Positions 1 through 12,519 of a DNA stretch of 64,000 nucleotides are shown here, one piece after another. Positions within the stretch are counted from its first letter, which is position 1, and each line of letters opens with the position of its first letter. The notes under the pieces were generated by a model that saw only the letters and a program-made list of their open reading frames with translations, ran no database searches and was not told the DNA's origin. The position numbers were made by a program, and so were the translations under genes. The DNA comes from Octopus sinensis (Eukaryota), in NCBI RefSeq assembly GCF_006345805.1, contig NC_043008.1:58280001-58344000 (forward strand). The letters run 5' to 3'.

Positions 1-598
1 GGTTACATGAATAATTTGACGTTGGAAAGAATAATACGGTCTTGATTTATTTATTTATTTTATTAAAAATAAATAATATTGCTCTCTATATAAAGATTCA
101 CTTCTTCAAATCGTTTTCTCAACTTCCTGTGTCTGGACCTCCTGTCTTTGGCGTCCTGACCAGCTATTTACACACGTGCATATGTATACATTATTACAGT
201 TTTGACGATTTCTGATAAAAAAAGAATTTCTAAAGGTATTTTAATACCAGTAAAAAAAAAAATTTCATACGGAGCTAGACGCCTTTTTCTCAATTAATTA
301 AATCCCATCGACTTATTAACACTTTCACTTAACTGTTTTGCCAATGTCAACGTAGTAATTAAGTAACCAGCTATTTACACACACGCTCACACGTATGTAT
401 ATATCATTACAGTTGTGACCATTTCAGATAAAAAAGAATTTCTAAAGTTACTTTCATCTTTTTAAATTCTCTCCGGCTTTCTATTTGTCTAAGATATACA
501 CCTATGTGAGTGTAAGAAACAATTTCATACGGAGATTTTATTTAATTGATCAATTATCAACAGGAAATAACTACAGATTTCTCTCTCCACACCGAATG

Positions 599-1451
599 TG
601 GATGATGATAACTTTCAGGAAAATGGATATTTTTTAATGAAAATTCCCACAAATATGTGTTATATCATGTAGATTCAGAATATACAAATTTGTTTTTGGG
701 GAAAGTGTTTTAGAAGGGGTGTGGGACGATTTTCGGAAAATACACCGGAGTCCACATCAATTTGCTTAACTTTCAGGAAAATGGATATTTTTTAATGAAG
801 ATTCCCACAAATATGTGTTATATTATGTAGATTCAGAATATACAAATTTGTTTTTGGGGAAAGTGTTTTAGAAGGGGTGTGGGACGATTTTCGGAAAATA
901 CACCGGAGTCCACATCAATTTGCTTAACTTTCAGGAAAATGGATATTTTTTAATGAAATTGTCTACAAATATACCTCGGACTATGTAGATTCCGAGCATA
1001 TTGGAATTTTGGGAGAAAACAACTGGGGACCATTTTTGCGAACTCTTCCCCAATTGGGGGTGTTTCGGAACAAGTCGTCTATATTTGCTACATTTTCTCT
1101 ATTTTGTGCGTTTATGCATCCGTAGATTTCTACTGAAGCAACAGGCAATGAAGGCAAATGAAGCCCTCACCAGAAAACTCATGCTAAAAATAACAGCTAG
1201 ATATCTGGTACACAGATGTGTATTATTAAGACGACTTATCTGTTGCATTCGATTCTTTTTTCACTTTAAGTAAATTCCCAGGTACACAGTTCTAATAGAA
1301 AGGCAGAAGACACCAGAAGCAAAAATAAGGAATATACCCGCACAGTTTAATATAGAAGTGTAAAGTATAATTTGTTACATAATCTCTACAATAAACATGA
1401 TATTGAATGGAATAATTCCCCGTTTGAACCTTTTTTCATATATAATATATA

Positions 1452-1489
<38 letters not shown>

Positions 1490-2056
1490 TGTGTGTGGTG
1501 TGTGTGTGTGTGTGAGGACACTGAGAATACGCATACCACCCCTTGTGCTTTATTTTTTATACAGATTCCGACTTTGTCTTCAACGGAGGTTCTGATATGC
1601 AAAAATCTACTTTTAGACTTTTAATACACCCACTCCTTAACTTTTCAATTTTTTTCCTGAAATTTTAAGAGTAGCTTTAAGGGTTATATACGGATGCACA
1701 AACGCACAAAACGGAGAAACTGAAACAAACATGGACGGCTTGTTCCGAACCTCTCCCCCAGTGAGGAACAGTTCGCAAAAAATAACCCCCGATCGTTTTT
1801 CCCACAAATCCTATATGCATGGAATCTACATAGTCCGAGGTATATTTTCAGACAATTTCATTAAAAAATATCCCTTTTACTGAAAGTTAAGACGAACTGA
1901 ATTGGACTCCGGTGATTTTCCTAAAATCCTCCACCATCTTCTCTTAAAACACTTTCTTCACCTAAAAGTTGTATATTCTGAATCTACATGATATAACGCA
2001 TATTTGTAGAAAATTTCATTTAAAAAATCAATTTTTCTTTAAGTTATCATGATCCA
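599..2056. mobile_element. Foldback/MITE-like element with long terminal inverted repeats (arms 599-1124 and 1689-2056)
   Basis: 1689 tacggatgcacaaacgcacaaa is the reverse complement of tttgtgcgtttatgcatccgta ending at 1124; outer ends tggatgatgataactt and aagttatcatgatcca also match; the spacer carries (TA)n(TG)n. Confidence 0.8.
611..945. repeat. 158-bp tandem duplication inside the left foldback arm
   Basis: actttcaggaaaatggatat starts at 611, 769 and 927; the first two units are near-identical. Confidence 0.95.
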
Positions 2057-3000
2057 AAGTTGTTGGGGGTGGTGTGCAGAAAGCTTGTGGTGAGATGGTA
2101 CCAATGGTCAATGATCTCATAATGCATGTGCTCCCAAACATTGCACAAAGCTTTAGCATCAGTCAATGGCTCTGTATGTGGGCCATTTTGGCCCCATGTA
2201 ATGATGCTGTCAACAAAATTAATATGGGATCTCTTGCAGTTGTTGCACGGACAAGAACAGTCTTCCAAATCTCTCGACACAGACGATGATCAGGACCAGG
2301 CTGTAGCTTTTCCAACTGAATTCCTGAACTCTCTACAGCAATCTGGGAAGCTACCTCACCACTTAACACTAAAGAAAGGAGGCCTGTCTGGAGCAATGAC
2401 ACCAGACTGTGGAGGCACATGGCCTAGTGGTTAGAGCAGCAGACTCGCGGTTAAGGGATCGTGGGTTCGAATCTCAGACCGGGCGATGTGTGTGTTTATG
2501 AGCGAAACACCTAAGCTCCACGCGGCTCCGGCAGAAGGTAATGGACTCCACGCGGCTCCGGACTCTTTTGCCACAACTTTCTCTCACTCTTTCCTCCTGC
2601 ATCTTGCAGCTCATCTGCGGCGGACCGGCGTCCCGTCCAGGTGGGGAACCTATACACCAAGAAACCGGGAAACCGGCCCTTATGAGCCAGGCGTGGCTCG
2701 AGAAGGAACAAACAACAATGGCACCAGACTGATGGTGACAGCGATGCAACCCCATGCCCTAGAGGCAACAATCATGACTGGGAACTATAAGGGTGAGGAT
2801 GTCTTCACTCCACAGATTCCGTTAATCCCATATGACCTCCCCATTGAATTTAAACGATTCCAGTTCCCAGTAAAAATAAACTTGGCTATATCAATAAACA
2901 AGTCTTAAAGACATTCTCTCAAGGTTGTTGGACTTCACCTTTTTCTCTCATGGGCAATTAATTATATGTAGGATGTTCGCGAGTTGGAAATCCTCCAAAT
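2057..3000 (+). pseudogene. Helitron Rep/Hel PIF1-like helicase C-terminal relic (frameshifted, SINE-interrupted)
   Basis: Motifs WLCMWAILAPCNDAVNKIN, FPTEFLNSLQQSGKLPHHLTLK, NGTRLMV, FKRFQFPVKINLAISINKS and a downstream FSHGQ..YVGCSRV match Helitron/PIF1 helicase motifs. Confidence 0.9.
2410..2715 (+). mobile_element. tRNA-headed SINE-A (gagaaggaacaaacaac-tail variant) inserted in the Helitron relic
   Basis: A/B-box head tggcctagtggtt...ggttcgaatctc; 16-bp TSD caatg(a/g)caccagactg at 2394-2409 and 2716-2731. Confidence 0.9.
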
Positions 3001-3260
3001 TCTTTCATTTATGCATCAATTGAAAGGACACACTCAAACCATCGTATATTTAGAAGTTCTAGATAATTAAACTGTGATTGATTTCCGGATTTACTTCAAT
3101 ACAGTTGTTTATACTCACGTCATCTGATAGAATTTATGTTAAATGTACTTGTTAACAGGAAGGGAGCGCCCGCAGGCTGGTTCTTCTCAAATTATGCATT
3201 TTCAGGTTCAACGTATATATATATATATATATATATATATTACATATACACACACATATA

Positions 3261-3311
<51 letters not shown>

Positions 3312-3398
3312 ATAATCAGTGAGTCAAACTTCTCTGAATATAGATATATACAATTACGAAGGTCGAGGCAAATATCACCAGCTGACCGGTGTCTACTA

Positions 3399-3449
3399 CT
3401 CTAGGCTGATGAAGGACCAACGATCCTGAAACACACGGTGTCCCTAGAG
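3399..3449 (+). ncRNA. Type I hammerhead ribozyme, canonical core
   Basis: Stem I ctctagg/cctagag, CUGAUGA, stem II agga/tcct, GAAA, stem III acac/gtgt, GUC cleavage triplet at 3440-3442. Confidence 0.85.
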
Positions 3450-3618
3450 CAGTTCCGGCAGCCGGGGGTGTTTGTCTCCCCTTCGTATATGTATATAAGG
3501 ACACAGGGAAAAAATGTGTCAAAGCTATCAGGAGGCGTTCGATGCTTCCTAGGGCTATACAGCGGTGGTGTATACCCCCTACTGTCACGTTCTTGTTAGA
3601 TTGACAGTATACAACCAT

Positions 3619-3649
<31 letters not shown>

Positions 3650-3885
3650 TAATAAATGAAATAAAACATATGCATATATATAAACATATATGTACGTACC
3701 TACCTCTACATGTACATATACACGCATATATGAGTACAGGACACAAAGGGACGTCGAACACAAAGAAAACGAAAACATAGACACAAACCAAAGGAACAGG
3801 ACATTTTTTTAAAAACAACAAAAATGGAGTGCAGGACAATTAACACAACGAAAAAACCCTTCTTCAGTCGCTAAGGTTTCATCTA

Positions 3886-3932
3886 CTCTACGTTTCGAAG
3901 GATAAAAGCGAGACGTATCTTCGACAAGAAAC
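3886..3932 (-). ncRNA. Degenerate hammerhead-like motif at a PLE-type end
   Basis: Minus strand ttgtcga-agata...tatc-cttc-GAAAC-GUA; core and stems imperfect. Confidence 0.35.
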
Positions 3933-4166
3933 TTTCCTTTCTGCGAAAAGCAAATCAATTAAAATTCTGAGATCTTTTCGCAGAGGGGTAAAAAATGGTT
4001 AAAAAATGGTAAAAAAACAGGACAGTAACGACAGTACAAAAATATAAACAGTAAAAAAAAATATATAAACAGTAAAAAAAATATATATAACAGTAAAAGA
4101 CAGGACAGGGAAAACAAGATAAGAAGGGCTGTTGACGCCGAATGAAAAAAGTATTGCAAACGCAGA

Positions 4167-4208
<42 letters not shown>

Positions 4209-4218
4209 TATATATATA

Positions 4219-4270
<52 letters not shown>

Positions 4271-4362
4271 CATATATATACACACACATATATATATATA
4301 TATATATACATATATATATACACACACACACACATAGATATATATATATATAGAGATATATA

Positions 4363-4680
4363 GGAACACTCCGTCGGTTACGACGACGAGGGTCCCAGCT
4401 GATACGATCAACGGGACAGCCTGCTCGTGAAATTAACGTGCAAGTGGCTGAGCATTCCACGGACACGTGTATCCCTAACGTAGTTCTCAGGAAGATTCAG
4501 CGTGACACAGAGTGTGACAAGGCCGGTCCTTTGAAATACAGGTACAACTCATTTTTGCTAGCTGAGTGGGACTGGGGCAACGTGAAATAAAGTGTCTTGC
4601 TCAAGGACACAACGCGTCGCCGGGAATCGAACTGACGACCTTACAATCGTGTGCCGAATGCGCTAATCACCAATGCGTTA
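4363..4680 (-). mobile_element. SINE-D (tRNA head, gtgtccttgagcaagacactt box, SINE-A-type tail)
   Basis: Homologous to 61045-61352; its 3' ~190 nt are shared with the SINE-A copies at 25.6, 41.0 and 54.7 kb. Confidence 0.85.
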
Positions 4681-4719
4681 TGATTTATAGCTGAATTCGC
4701 TTCCAGAAACACCGTTTAC

Positions 4720-4884
4720 GTAGACGTGGCTATGTGTTAAGAAGCTCGCTTCCCAAGCACATGCTTCCGAGAACAGTTCCACTGCATGGCACCTTGGGCA
4801 AGTGTCTTCTACTATAGCCTCGGGCCAACCAAAGCCTTGTGAATCGATTTGGTAGACGGAAACTGGAAGAAGGCCTGTCGTATA
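4720..4884 (+). mobile_element. SINE-B 5' half
   Basis: gcaccttgggcaagtgtcttctactatagcctcgggcc...tttggtagacggaaactg is shared with many copies. Confidence 0.85.
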
Positions 4885-4926
4885 TATGTATACATGTATA
4901 TATAATATATGTATATAATCTATTAT

Positions 4927-4957
<31 letters not shown>

Positions 4958-5500
4958 TATATATATATAATATTAATCAAAAGACATACTGAGTATGTCT
5001 ACCTGCTGGAAATAACAGTCTTATTTAAACCACTGAAAAATAACACTGATAATAACTAAGAGTTTTGACTGTTATTTCTAGCAGGCAAACATACACAGTA
5101 TTTCTTTTGATTAATATAAATTTTAATCCTTCAGCTACTTATGTTTTTTTTTTATGGGAGCTGCAATCGTCTATATTATTAATTCTGCTGTTATCAATTT
5201 ACTTATATTACCCGCGATAATATTTAATAATGTATTCGCAAATATTCACTCTTGAATTATTTGCTCCTAACTGGAATTCTTTTCACACTGAGACTGGAAT
5301 ATTTTGGCGCAAAACGAATCAATGCATCGCAAGCTTCAACGCGACGGGTTGGGTGATTTTTTTTTTATCGCGATGAGGCAGGTGATAATATTTAATAATA
5401 ATATTTATACCATCTTCGCAAATATTCACTCCTCAATTATTTGCTCCCTACAGGTGTGTATATATATATATGTATATAAAATATATACATTATATATATG

Positions 5501-5596
<96 letters not shown>

Positions 5597-5614
5597 TATA
5601 TATATTATATATAC

Positions 5615-5660
<46 letters not shown>

Positions 5661-5664
<4 letters not shown>

Positions 5665-6238
5665 CAAATGAGGGTGAGAATTTGGATATAATTTAATTAA
5701 TATCAATTTAACACCAGTGGTCTAGCATATTAAAATTGGAAGTTCAGTAAATTGTATTATATACGTATAAGGGGGATGACCACTATGTGGAGAACCCTTA
5801 TGCTAGAAGTAGGTCCGCTTTGGTCTTACCACTAAGAAATGTTCCCAAGAAAAAATTCAGCAAACACCGGAACATAAGAGAGCAAGACAAATGAAAAGTA
5901 ACAAAATGCAGATTATTCATATACATGTTTCACTACTAACAGATTACGTAATTTTACTTACGCAATTGTCCGTAGATCTTCAGTGTGACCGTCCATAAAA
6001 ATATAATTTGCTGAAATATATGCGATGACGTCTGCATGTGGTCAGACCTGTATATAGTTCTATCTATTACACTTGCGGTTACCTTTCAAAAATCCTCGTT
6101 TTGGCACACCATGGTGGTCATCCCTCTTATATGTATATAATACAAGTTACTGAACTTTCAAATTTTAATATGCTAGACCACTGATGTTAAATTGATGTTA
6201 ATTAAATTAATATCCAATTTCTCACATTCGTTTAAAAT
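5661..6238. mobile_element. MITE-like element with ~130-bp terminal inverted repeats
   Basis: 5661-5795 (...ccagtggtctagcatattaaaattggaagttcagtaa...) is the reverse complement of ~6105-6238. Confidence 0.8.
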
Positions 6239-6344
6239 CTAAATTTCAATACGTTCTCTAACCGGCAAAAGCTACTGAAGTAAATTATTTTCTGCAGTAT
6301 TATTTTCGGTAAAATCTATTACAGGTAAGCTACCACCTAATTAC

Positions 6345-6487
6345 CCTTTTACTCTTTTATTTGTTTCAGTCATTTGACTGTCGCCATGTTGGAGCACCGC
6401 CTTTAGTCGAACAAAACGACCCCAGGACTTATTCTTTGTGAGCCTAGTACTTATTCTATCGGTCTTTTATGCCGAACCGCTAAGTTT
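6345..6487 (-). mobile_element. SINE-B 3' tail
   Basis: ttgtttcagtcatttgactg...ggagcaccgcctttagtcga...gccgaaccgctaag. Confidence 0.85.
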
Positions 6488-6862
6488 ATATGTATATATG
6501 TGTGTGTATGTCTGTGTACGTGTGTGTGCGTGTGTGTATGTGGAGACGTATGACTTAGTAGTGTCATACCTTCAGTTTTCCTAATGCAAGTAAATCCTCT
6601 ATTTTCTGGGAGCGACAGCCAGGGTGGATCCTTATCTTTGTGTGCGTGGGTTTAGACTGCTTCAAATAATATACAACTCGTACTTAACGCGTTGAAGGCC
6701 TTTTTCTTTCCTTTGCCCAGTCGCCTGTATGCATACATATATAAATACATATAGATCTACACACACACATGCACATGTATATTTGTTCAAAATGTGACCG
6801 CGTGTGTACCGTTGGCGATTTTTTCCTCTGTCTTCTCTTCTCTGGATCTTTCCTTCTCCTAT

Positions 6863-6897
6863 GTTTCCGACGAAGAGCTCCGCTCGAAACGTTAAAC
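6863..6897 (+). ncRNA. Minimal hammerhead-like motif, CCGACGA core (U4C), in a PLE-type end
   Basis: Stem I gttt/aaac, CCGACGA, stem II gagc/gctc, GAAA, palindromic ACGU stem III, GUU site. Confidence 0.55.
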
Positions 6898-6994
6898 CCT
6901 CCTTCTTTCCTTCTTCCTGAGCGTCCAATACTACTATATTTGTTCCACGTCCTCGCGTTGTTGTGTTTTTTTTGTGCTTTCTTGTTTGGATTAA

Positions 6995-7085
<91 letters not shown>

Positions 7086-7507
7086 CATAGAAATATTACA
7101 TATCTAAATATTTCAGAGTTATGCGGTAACAAGCCATCACTCTCTTTCTCTCCCCCCTCTCTCTATATATATATATACATCATGTATATTGAATGGTAAG
7201 TATGTGAATGTGTGTGTGTGTGTATGTATATATATATATAAATATATATATACACACACACGCATATATATATAAATGTATACATATATATCTGAGACAT
7301 TTTCGTTTTCTACTTCGTCGTCGCTGACATCGTCATCATCATCTTCATCATCATCATCATCATCCTTCTTCTTCTTCTTCTTCTTTCTTCTTCTTGCTCT
7401 TTATATATATATAGTGCCCATACAACAGTTACATGTGTACAATATATATGCATATAGATAACACATATATACAATGTAATATATATATAATATTATATAT
7501 ATATGTA

Positions 7508-7559
<52 letters not shown>

Positions 7560-7571
7560 TATATATATATA

Positions 7572-8511
7572 TCTTCGAAAGGGTATGTTCTTATTTTCAG
7601 TGTTTCCAAATCCAAACCAAGGAATTTCTGAGCTGATGATAGAAGTGTTGTTTTTGACTAATCTTGAAACGTACGTTCTCAAATAACCTTAGCATTTGTT
7701 TTTCGATGTCCTTACCCCCAAACTTTTGTGAGTTGAATAAGCAAACACTATATATGAGAGAGATTTTCTTTAAGTATTAGAAATAGCTTTAAAAAGTTTT
7801 TTAGCTGCTATTTCTAATGAGTTCAGTATGCGGCAAAGTAATTTATTTTACTAAGCCCTTTTATATAATGTAATAATTTGAATTCGCCTTGAATGGTCCC
7901 TTTGCATACTGAACACTTGGTGAAATTGATTAATAATTAATTAATTTTGCCCTCAATTGTTAAATTATAATTAATCTCCCTCTGATTAATGCTTCGGATT
8001 TTACCGAAATAAGCATAGTGTTTGATGTTTTTAACCCACGCTGGTGGAAAGGGGAGAACAGAGATTCTTCGCTTGCTTATTTGAATTTGTTGATACTGTT
8101 AGTTACGAGCAGATCTTCGAAAGGGTTGTTTTCTTATTTTCAGTGTTTCAAATCCAAACCAAGGAATTTCTGAGCTGATGATAGAAGTGTTGTTTTTGAC
8201 TAATCTTGAAACGTACGTTCTCAAATAACCTTAGCATTTGATTTTTCGATGTCCTTACCCCCAAACTTTTGTGAGTTGAATTAAGCAAACACTATATATG
8301 AGAGAGATTTTCTTTAAGTATTAGAAATAGCTTTAAAAAAGTTTTTTAGCTGCTATTTCTAATGAGTTCAGTATGCGGCAAAGTAATTTATTTTACTAAG
8401 CCCTTTTATATAATGTAATAATTTGAATTCGCCTTGAATGGTCCCTTTGCATACTGAACACTTGGTGAAATTGATTAATAATTAATTAATTTTGCCCTCA
8501 ATTGTTGAAAT

Positions 8512-8513
<2 letters not shown>
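7572..8513 (+). repeat. ~400-bp direct repeat (7572-7968 and 8114-8513; period 542 bp), each copy with a hammerhead core
   Basis: tcttcgaaaggg at 7572 and 8114; CTGATGA at 7633 and 8175; near-identical throughout. Confidence 0.95.
7627..7683 (+). ncRNA. Hammerhead-like motif, copy 1 (copy 2 at 8169-8225)
   Basis: Stem I tgag/ctca, CUGAUGA, imperfect stem II (AGA.AGT/ACT.aa.TCT, U-U closing pair), GAAA, palindromic ACGUACGU stem III, GUU site. Confidence 0.6.
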
Positions 8514-8534
<21 letters not shown>

Positions 8535-8543
<9 letters not shown>

Positions 8544-8720
8544 ACGGGAAGCTTTATGGAAATAAACAAAAGACGAAGGCAGGTGGAAAACAAACGAACA
8601 ATTGTATTAGTATGGCGCTCAGGAAATATAAATAAAACAAGTCTTTAACGTTTCGAGCCTACGCTCTTCAACAGAAAGATACACAGAGAGAGAAAAACAC
8701 AGAAAGAGGAGAGAAAAAAA
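8535..8720 (-). mobile_element. PLE-type 3' end with hammerhead-like motif at 8642-8679 (CUGUUGA core)
   Basis: Minus strand tcttt-CTGTTGA-a-gagc gtag gctc-GAAAC-gtt-aaaga; same family as 19181-19218. Confidence 0.65.
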
Positions 8721-8746
8721 ATGCGTGCAGTAGCTAACGAATCAAC

Positions 8747-8794
<48 letters not shown>

Positions 8795-9339
8795 TATGTA
8801 TACACACATATGCTCCTCCGCACATATAATATAATCAGTCATGTACATACATATTTACGAACGGACTGGAAGGCAAACAGAGGGGGGAGAGAGAGAGAGA
8901 GAAAGAAAGAGAGAGAAAGAGAGTATATGGGTGGGTGACAGAGAAAGCGTGGGTGTGTGGGTTGGTGTTTGTTTTATCAGTATACGAGATTGTGAGTCAA
9001 CTAGAACAAAATAGTGTGAAATATCCAGGAAGATGTGTGATAAAATGAAACTAATTAGCAAAAATTGACATCATAATTATCTGGTATTAATTTTTAATTG
9101 ATATCTAATATCAATATTTTCTGTGCGTATTAAACAGTTAATTCATAATCTAGGTAAAACGTTTCCTATTAGTTAACGAGATAAATGACTTTTCCATGCA
9201 AACATTATCGACGCTTAACTAATTACATTGACTTAATGTTCATTTCTGGAATTTTAATTAATGAATCTTCCAGCCTGTTTTGATAGCGGTACTTTAATAC
9301 GTACATAAATTGTGTGTTTTACTTTAACATTTGATTATT

Positions 9340-9360
9340 CTTTATTATTATTATCATTAA

Positions 9361-9398
<38 letters not shown>

Positions 9399-9426
9399 TA
9401 TTATTATTATTATTATTATTGTATTG

Positions 9427-9452
<26 letters not shown>
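9340..9452. repeat. (TAT)n grading into (TGT)n microsatellite
   Basis: Direct reading. Confidence 0.95.
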
Positions 9453-9457
<5 letters not shown>

Positions 9458-9459
9458 TA

Positions 9460-10010
9460 TTAAGGCAGAGAGCTAGCACACTCGTTAGCACGCCGGGCGA
9501 ATTGCTTAGCGGTATTTCGTCTGCCGTTACGTTCTGAGTTCAATTTCCGTCGAGGTCGCCTTTGCCTTTCATCCTTTCGGGGTCGATAAATTAAGTACCA
9601 GTGACGCACTGGGGTTGATATAATCGACTTAATCCGTTTTTGTCTGTCCTTGTTTCTTCTCTCTGTGTTTAGACTCTTGTGGGCAATAAAGAAATAAGAA
9701 TCGTCAGCATGCCGGGAAAAATGCTTACAGTATTTCGTCCATCTTTACGGTCCGAGTTGAAATTCCGAGGTAGTAGACTTTGCCTTTCATCCTTCGGAGT
9801 CGATAAAGCAAGTACCATTTGGACACTGGGGGGGGGGGGGCTTTGTAATAGACTTATCTCCATCCCTGCAATTGTTGGTCTTGTACCAAAATTTGAAGCC
9901 ATAAGGTGGTGACTTGGTAGAATCCTTAGCGCACAGGGTAACATGCCTAGCAGCTTCTCCTCCGGTTTTACTCTCTGAGTTCAAATTCTATCGAGGTCGA
10001 CTTTGTCTAT
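9460..10010 (+). mobile_element. SINE-C tandem cluster (2-3 units)
   Basis: Repeated ttctgagttcaaattcc..gaggtcgactttgcctttcatcctttcggggtcgataaa motif. Confidence 0.85.
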
Positions 10011-10311
10011 TTATACTCATAATCATGTTATGTAAGTAAATGTCTGAGCGATAATCTGGAAAATGTAGGGTCTTCAAGCAGAGAAAGAGGCTGACTAAAA
10101 CCAACCTCACATATACTGTCTATAAGTGGAACAATAAAAGAATACAACACATTCTTTATGTCCGATATGCAACAACTATCGTTGTTTTTATTCATATTCC
10201 ATTGACAGAAATTTTGCTTCTCCGTTAGAAAACAATCCCTTCCTTCAAGGAAGAATTCTAATCGATAAAGTAAAATTATACATACATAATACATACACAT
10301 ATACATATATA

Positions 10312-10476
10312 GGCGCAGGAGTGGCTGTGTGGTAAGTAGCTTGCTTACCAACCACATGGTTCCAGGTTTAGTCCCACTGCATGGCACCTTGGGCAAGTGT
10401 CTTCTATTATAGCCTCGGGCCGACCAAAGCCTTGTGAGTGGATTTGGTAGACGGGAACTGAAAGAAGCCCGTCATA

Positions 10477-10523
<47 letters not shown>

Positions 10524-10631
10524 CTCTCACCCACCCATATACCCTCTCTCTCTCTTCTCTCCTATAAAGAAGCTATTTTTAGCACTAGAGTTAACCACTT
10601 AGCGGTAACTCTCTTATATTTAAGTATATAT

Positions 10632-10722
<91 letters not shown>

Positions 10723-10925
10723 TGTATATCTGTGTTTGTACCCCCAACATCGCTTGACAACCGATGGTGGTGTGTTTAGGTCCCGGTAAATTAGCGGTTC
10801 GGCAAAAGAGACCGATAGAATAAGTACTAGCCTTACAAAGAATAAGTCCTGGGGTCGATTTGATTCGGCTAAAGGCAGTGCTCCAGCATGGCCACAGTCA
10901 AATGACTGAAACAAGTAAGAAGAAA
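10312..10925 (+). mobile_element. Full SINE-B with an expanded internal (TA)n/(TG)n tract
   Basis: Head aggcgcaggagtggctgtgtggtaag and tail ggcagtgctccagcatggccacagtcaaatgactgaaac flank the microsatellite. Confidence 0.9.
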
Positions 10926-12519
10926 AAAAGAATATACGTAAGTACGTTTCATTATACAAAGTACGTTGGCCAATCAACAACCGTATGTTGCCAACTGATG
11001 AACATTTTCTCTCCTACGTCCGTGCACTTAGGATGCCTGAATGCCGCTAAGGTTTTGGCAGAATTCCCGCAACATAATGACATAAAGTATCTCTGATTAG
11101 ATATTCAAACCCAACAACGTTTCAAGTCAAACCTTTTCGCCACCAGACAATGGGCGATAGCACGAACAACATTCTATCACATAAGAAGATAACGTCAGTC
11201 GTTGTACTGGATTCTTTATTGCATGTTGTTATAAGCGATTATTGGTAGATTAATGCCTTAATTAAGGTGGATAATTAATTATACGGAAAAGGTTTGGTGA
11301 TTTATTCGTTTAAAGGTGGTGGCAAAATTTCCCTTTGTTGCCGTAGGATTAAAATTCATATTTTCATTTTTAGTTCTTTAGAATTTTATCACGCCATCTT
11401 TTCTCACGAAATTTTAACAAACGCATGCAAAAAAAACTTATATCCAATGTATGCTACCAAATAGTTTAACCACCACCACCGCCACCACCACCACTACCAC
11501 CAGTACCACCACAAACAACAACAACAGCACAACCACCACTCCTGCCAACACCACCTCCGGGATATAAACAAAAGAAATTGGGAGATATGGTTTTAACGAA
11601 TGAAATAGGAACGTAAGGTTTTGACAAACGACTGTAAGGTTTTAAGAAATGAAGAGAAATGAAGTAGAGGAATAAGATTTTAACGATTGAAGTAGGAAAG
11701 TAAAGGTTTTAAACAAAGGCTGACGAAAAGCTTTGAACCGATTATGAATTGGAACTAAAATGCAAATAATTCGTAGCCAAAAAGAAATCTTCCAAACTCT
11801 CAAAGTGACCATAAAATATTGGATTTAACATGCGAAACCAGATGAAAGGAAAGTATTAGAGAATTCCAGAGAAAATAAAGAGAGGCAATACAAATTCAAT
11901 ATTCATTGAGCGAAAACTCAATAAAAGTCTTATTGGAATATTTCCAATGCGAAGTTTGTCAACGAAGATGGCAATAATAGCAGCAGAAATAAGAACCCAA
12001 AAATAAATTGAAACAACCAGTTTTGAGTGCCTTGATAGATACTAGAAAATCAAGTACTCTACACGTTTAGTGGATTTAAATGTTCATGCTTATAGCTGAC
12101 AGAACAACAATATTAATTCTTAAAGTGAGAATATAAAAATATTATCGACCAATTAAACCCCTTACTTACAACATGGACGTTGTTAACTTCAATAAATGCC
12201 AATCATACTTAGCTTCCCAGTGATAACTTATGGAAGGAAGGAGAAAAATATTACTTAAGGCATTATCTTGACAAATGAGCAGTTCATTATATGTCAATGG
12301 AACATCACTTAAGGGCAGCAATGTTAATTCTTAGATATTTCTCACCTGATGCGATTGTCACACTTCTCTTTACAGCTTGTAAGATTGTAAGGTAGAGTAC
12401 ATAACATTGAGATCAATACGTATATATCTTTTCCGACAGGTATTTAATTTATCAGTAATTATAGACGAAAAAGCATCACCGACCTGTGATGGTTCGAATA
12501 TATTAACCCCACATGCATG

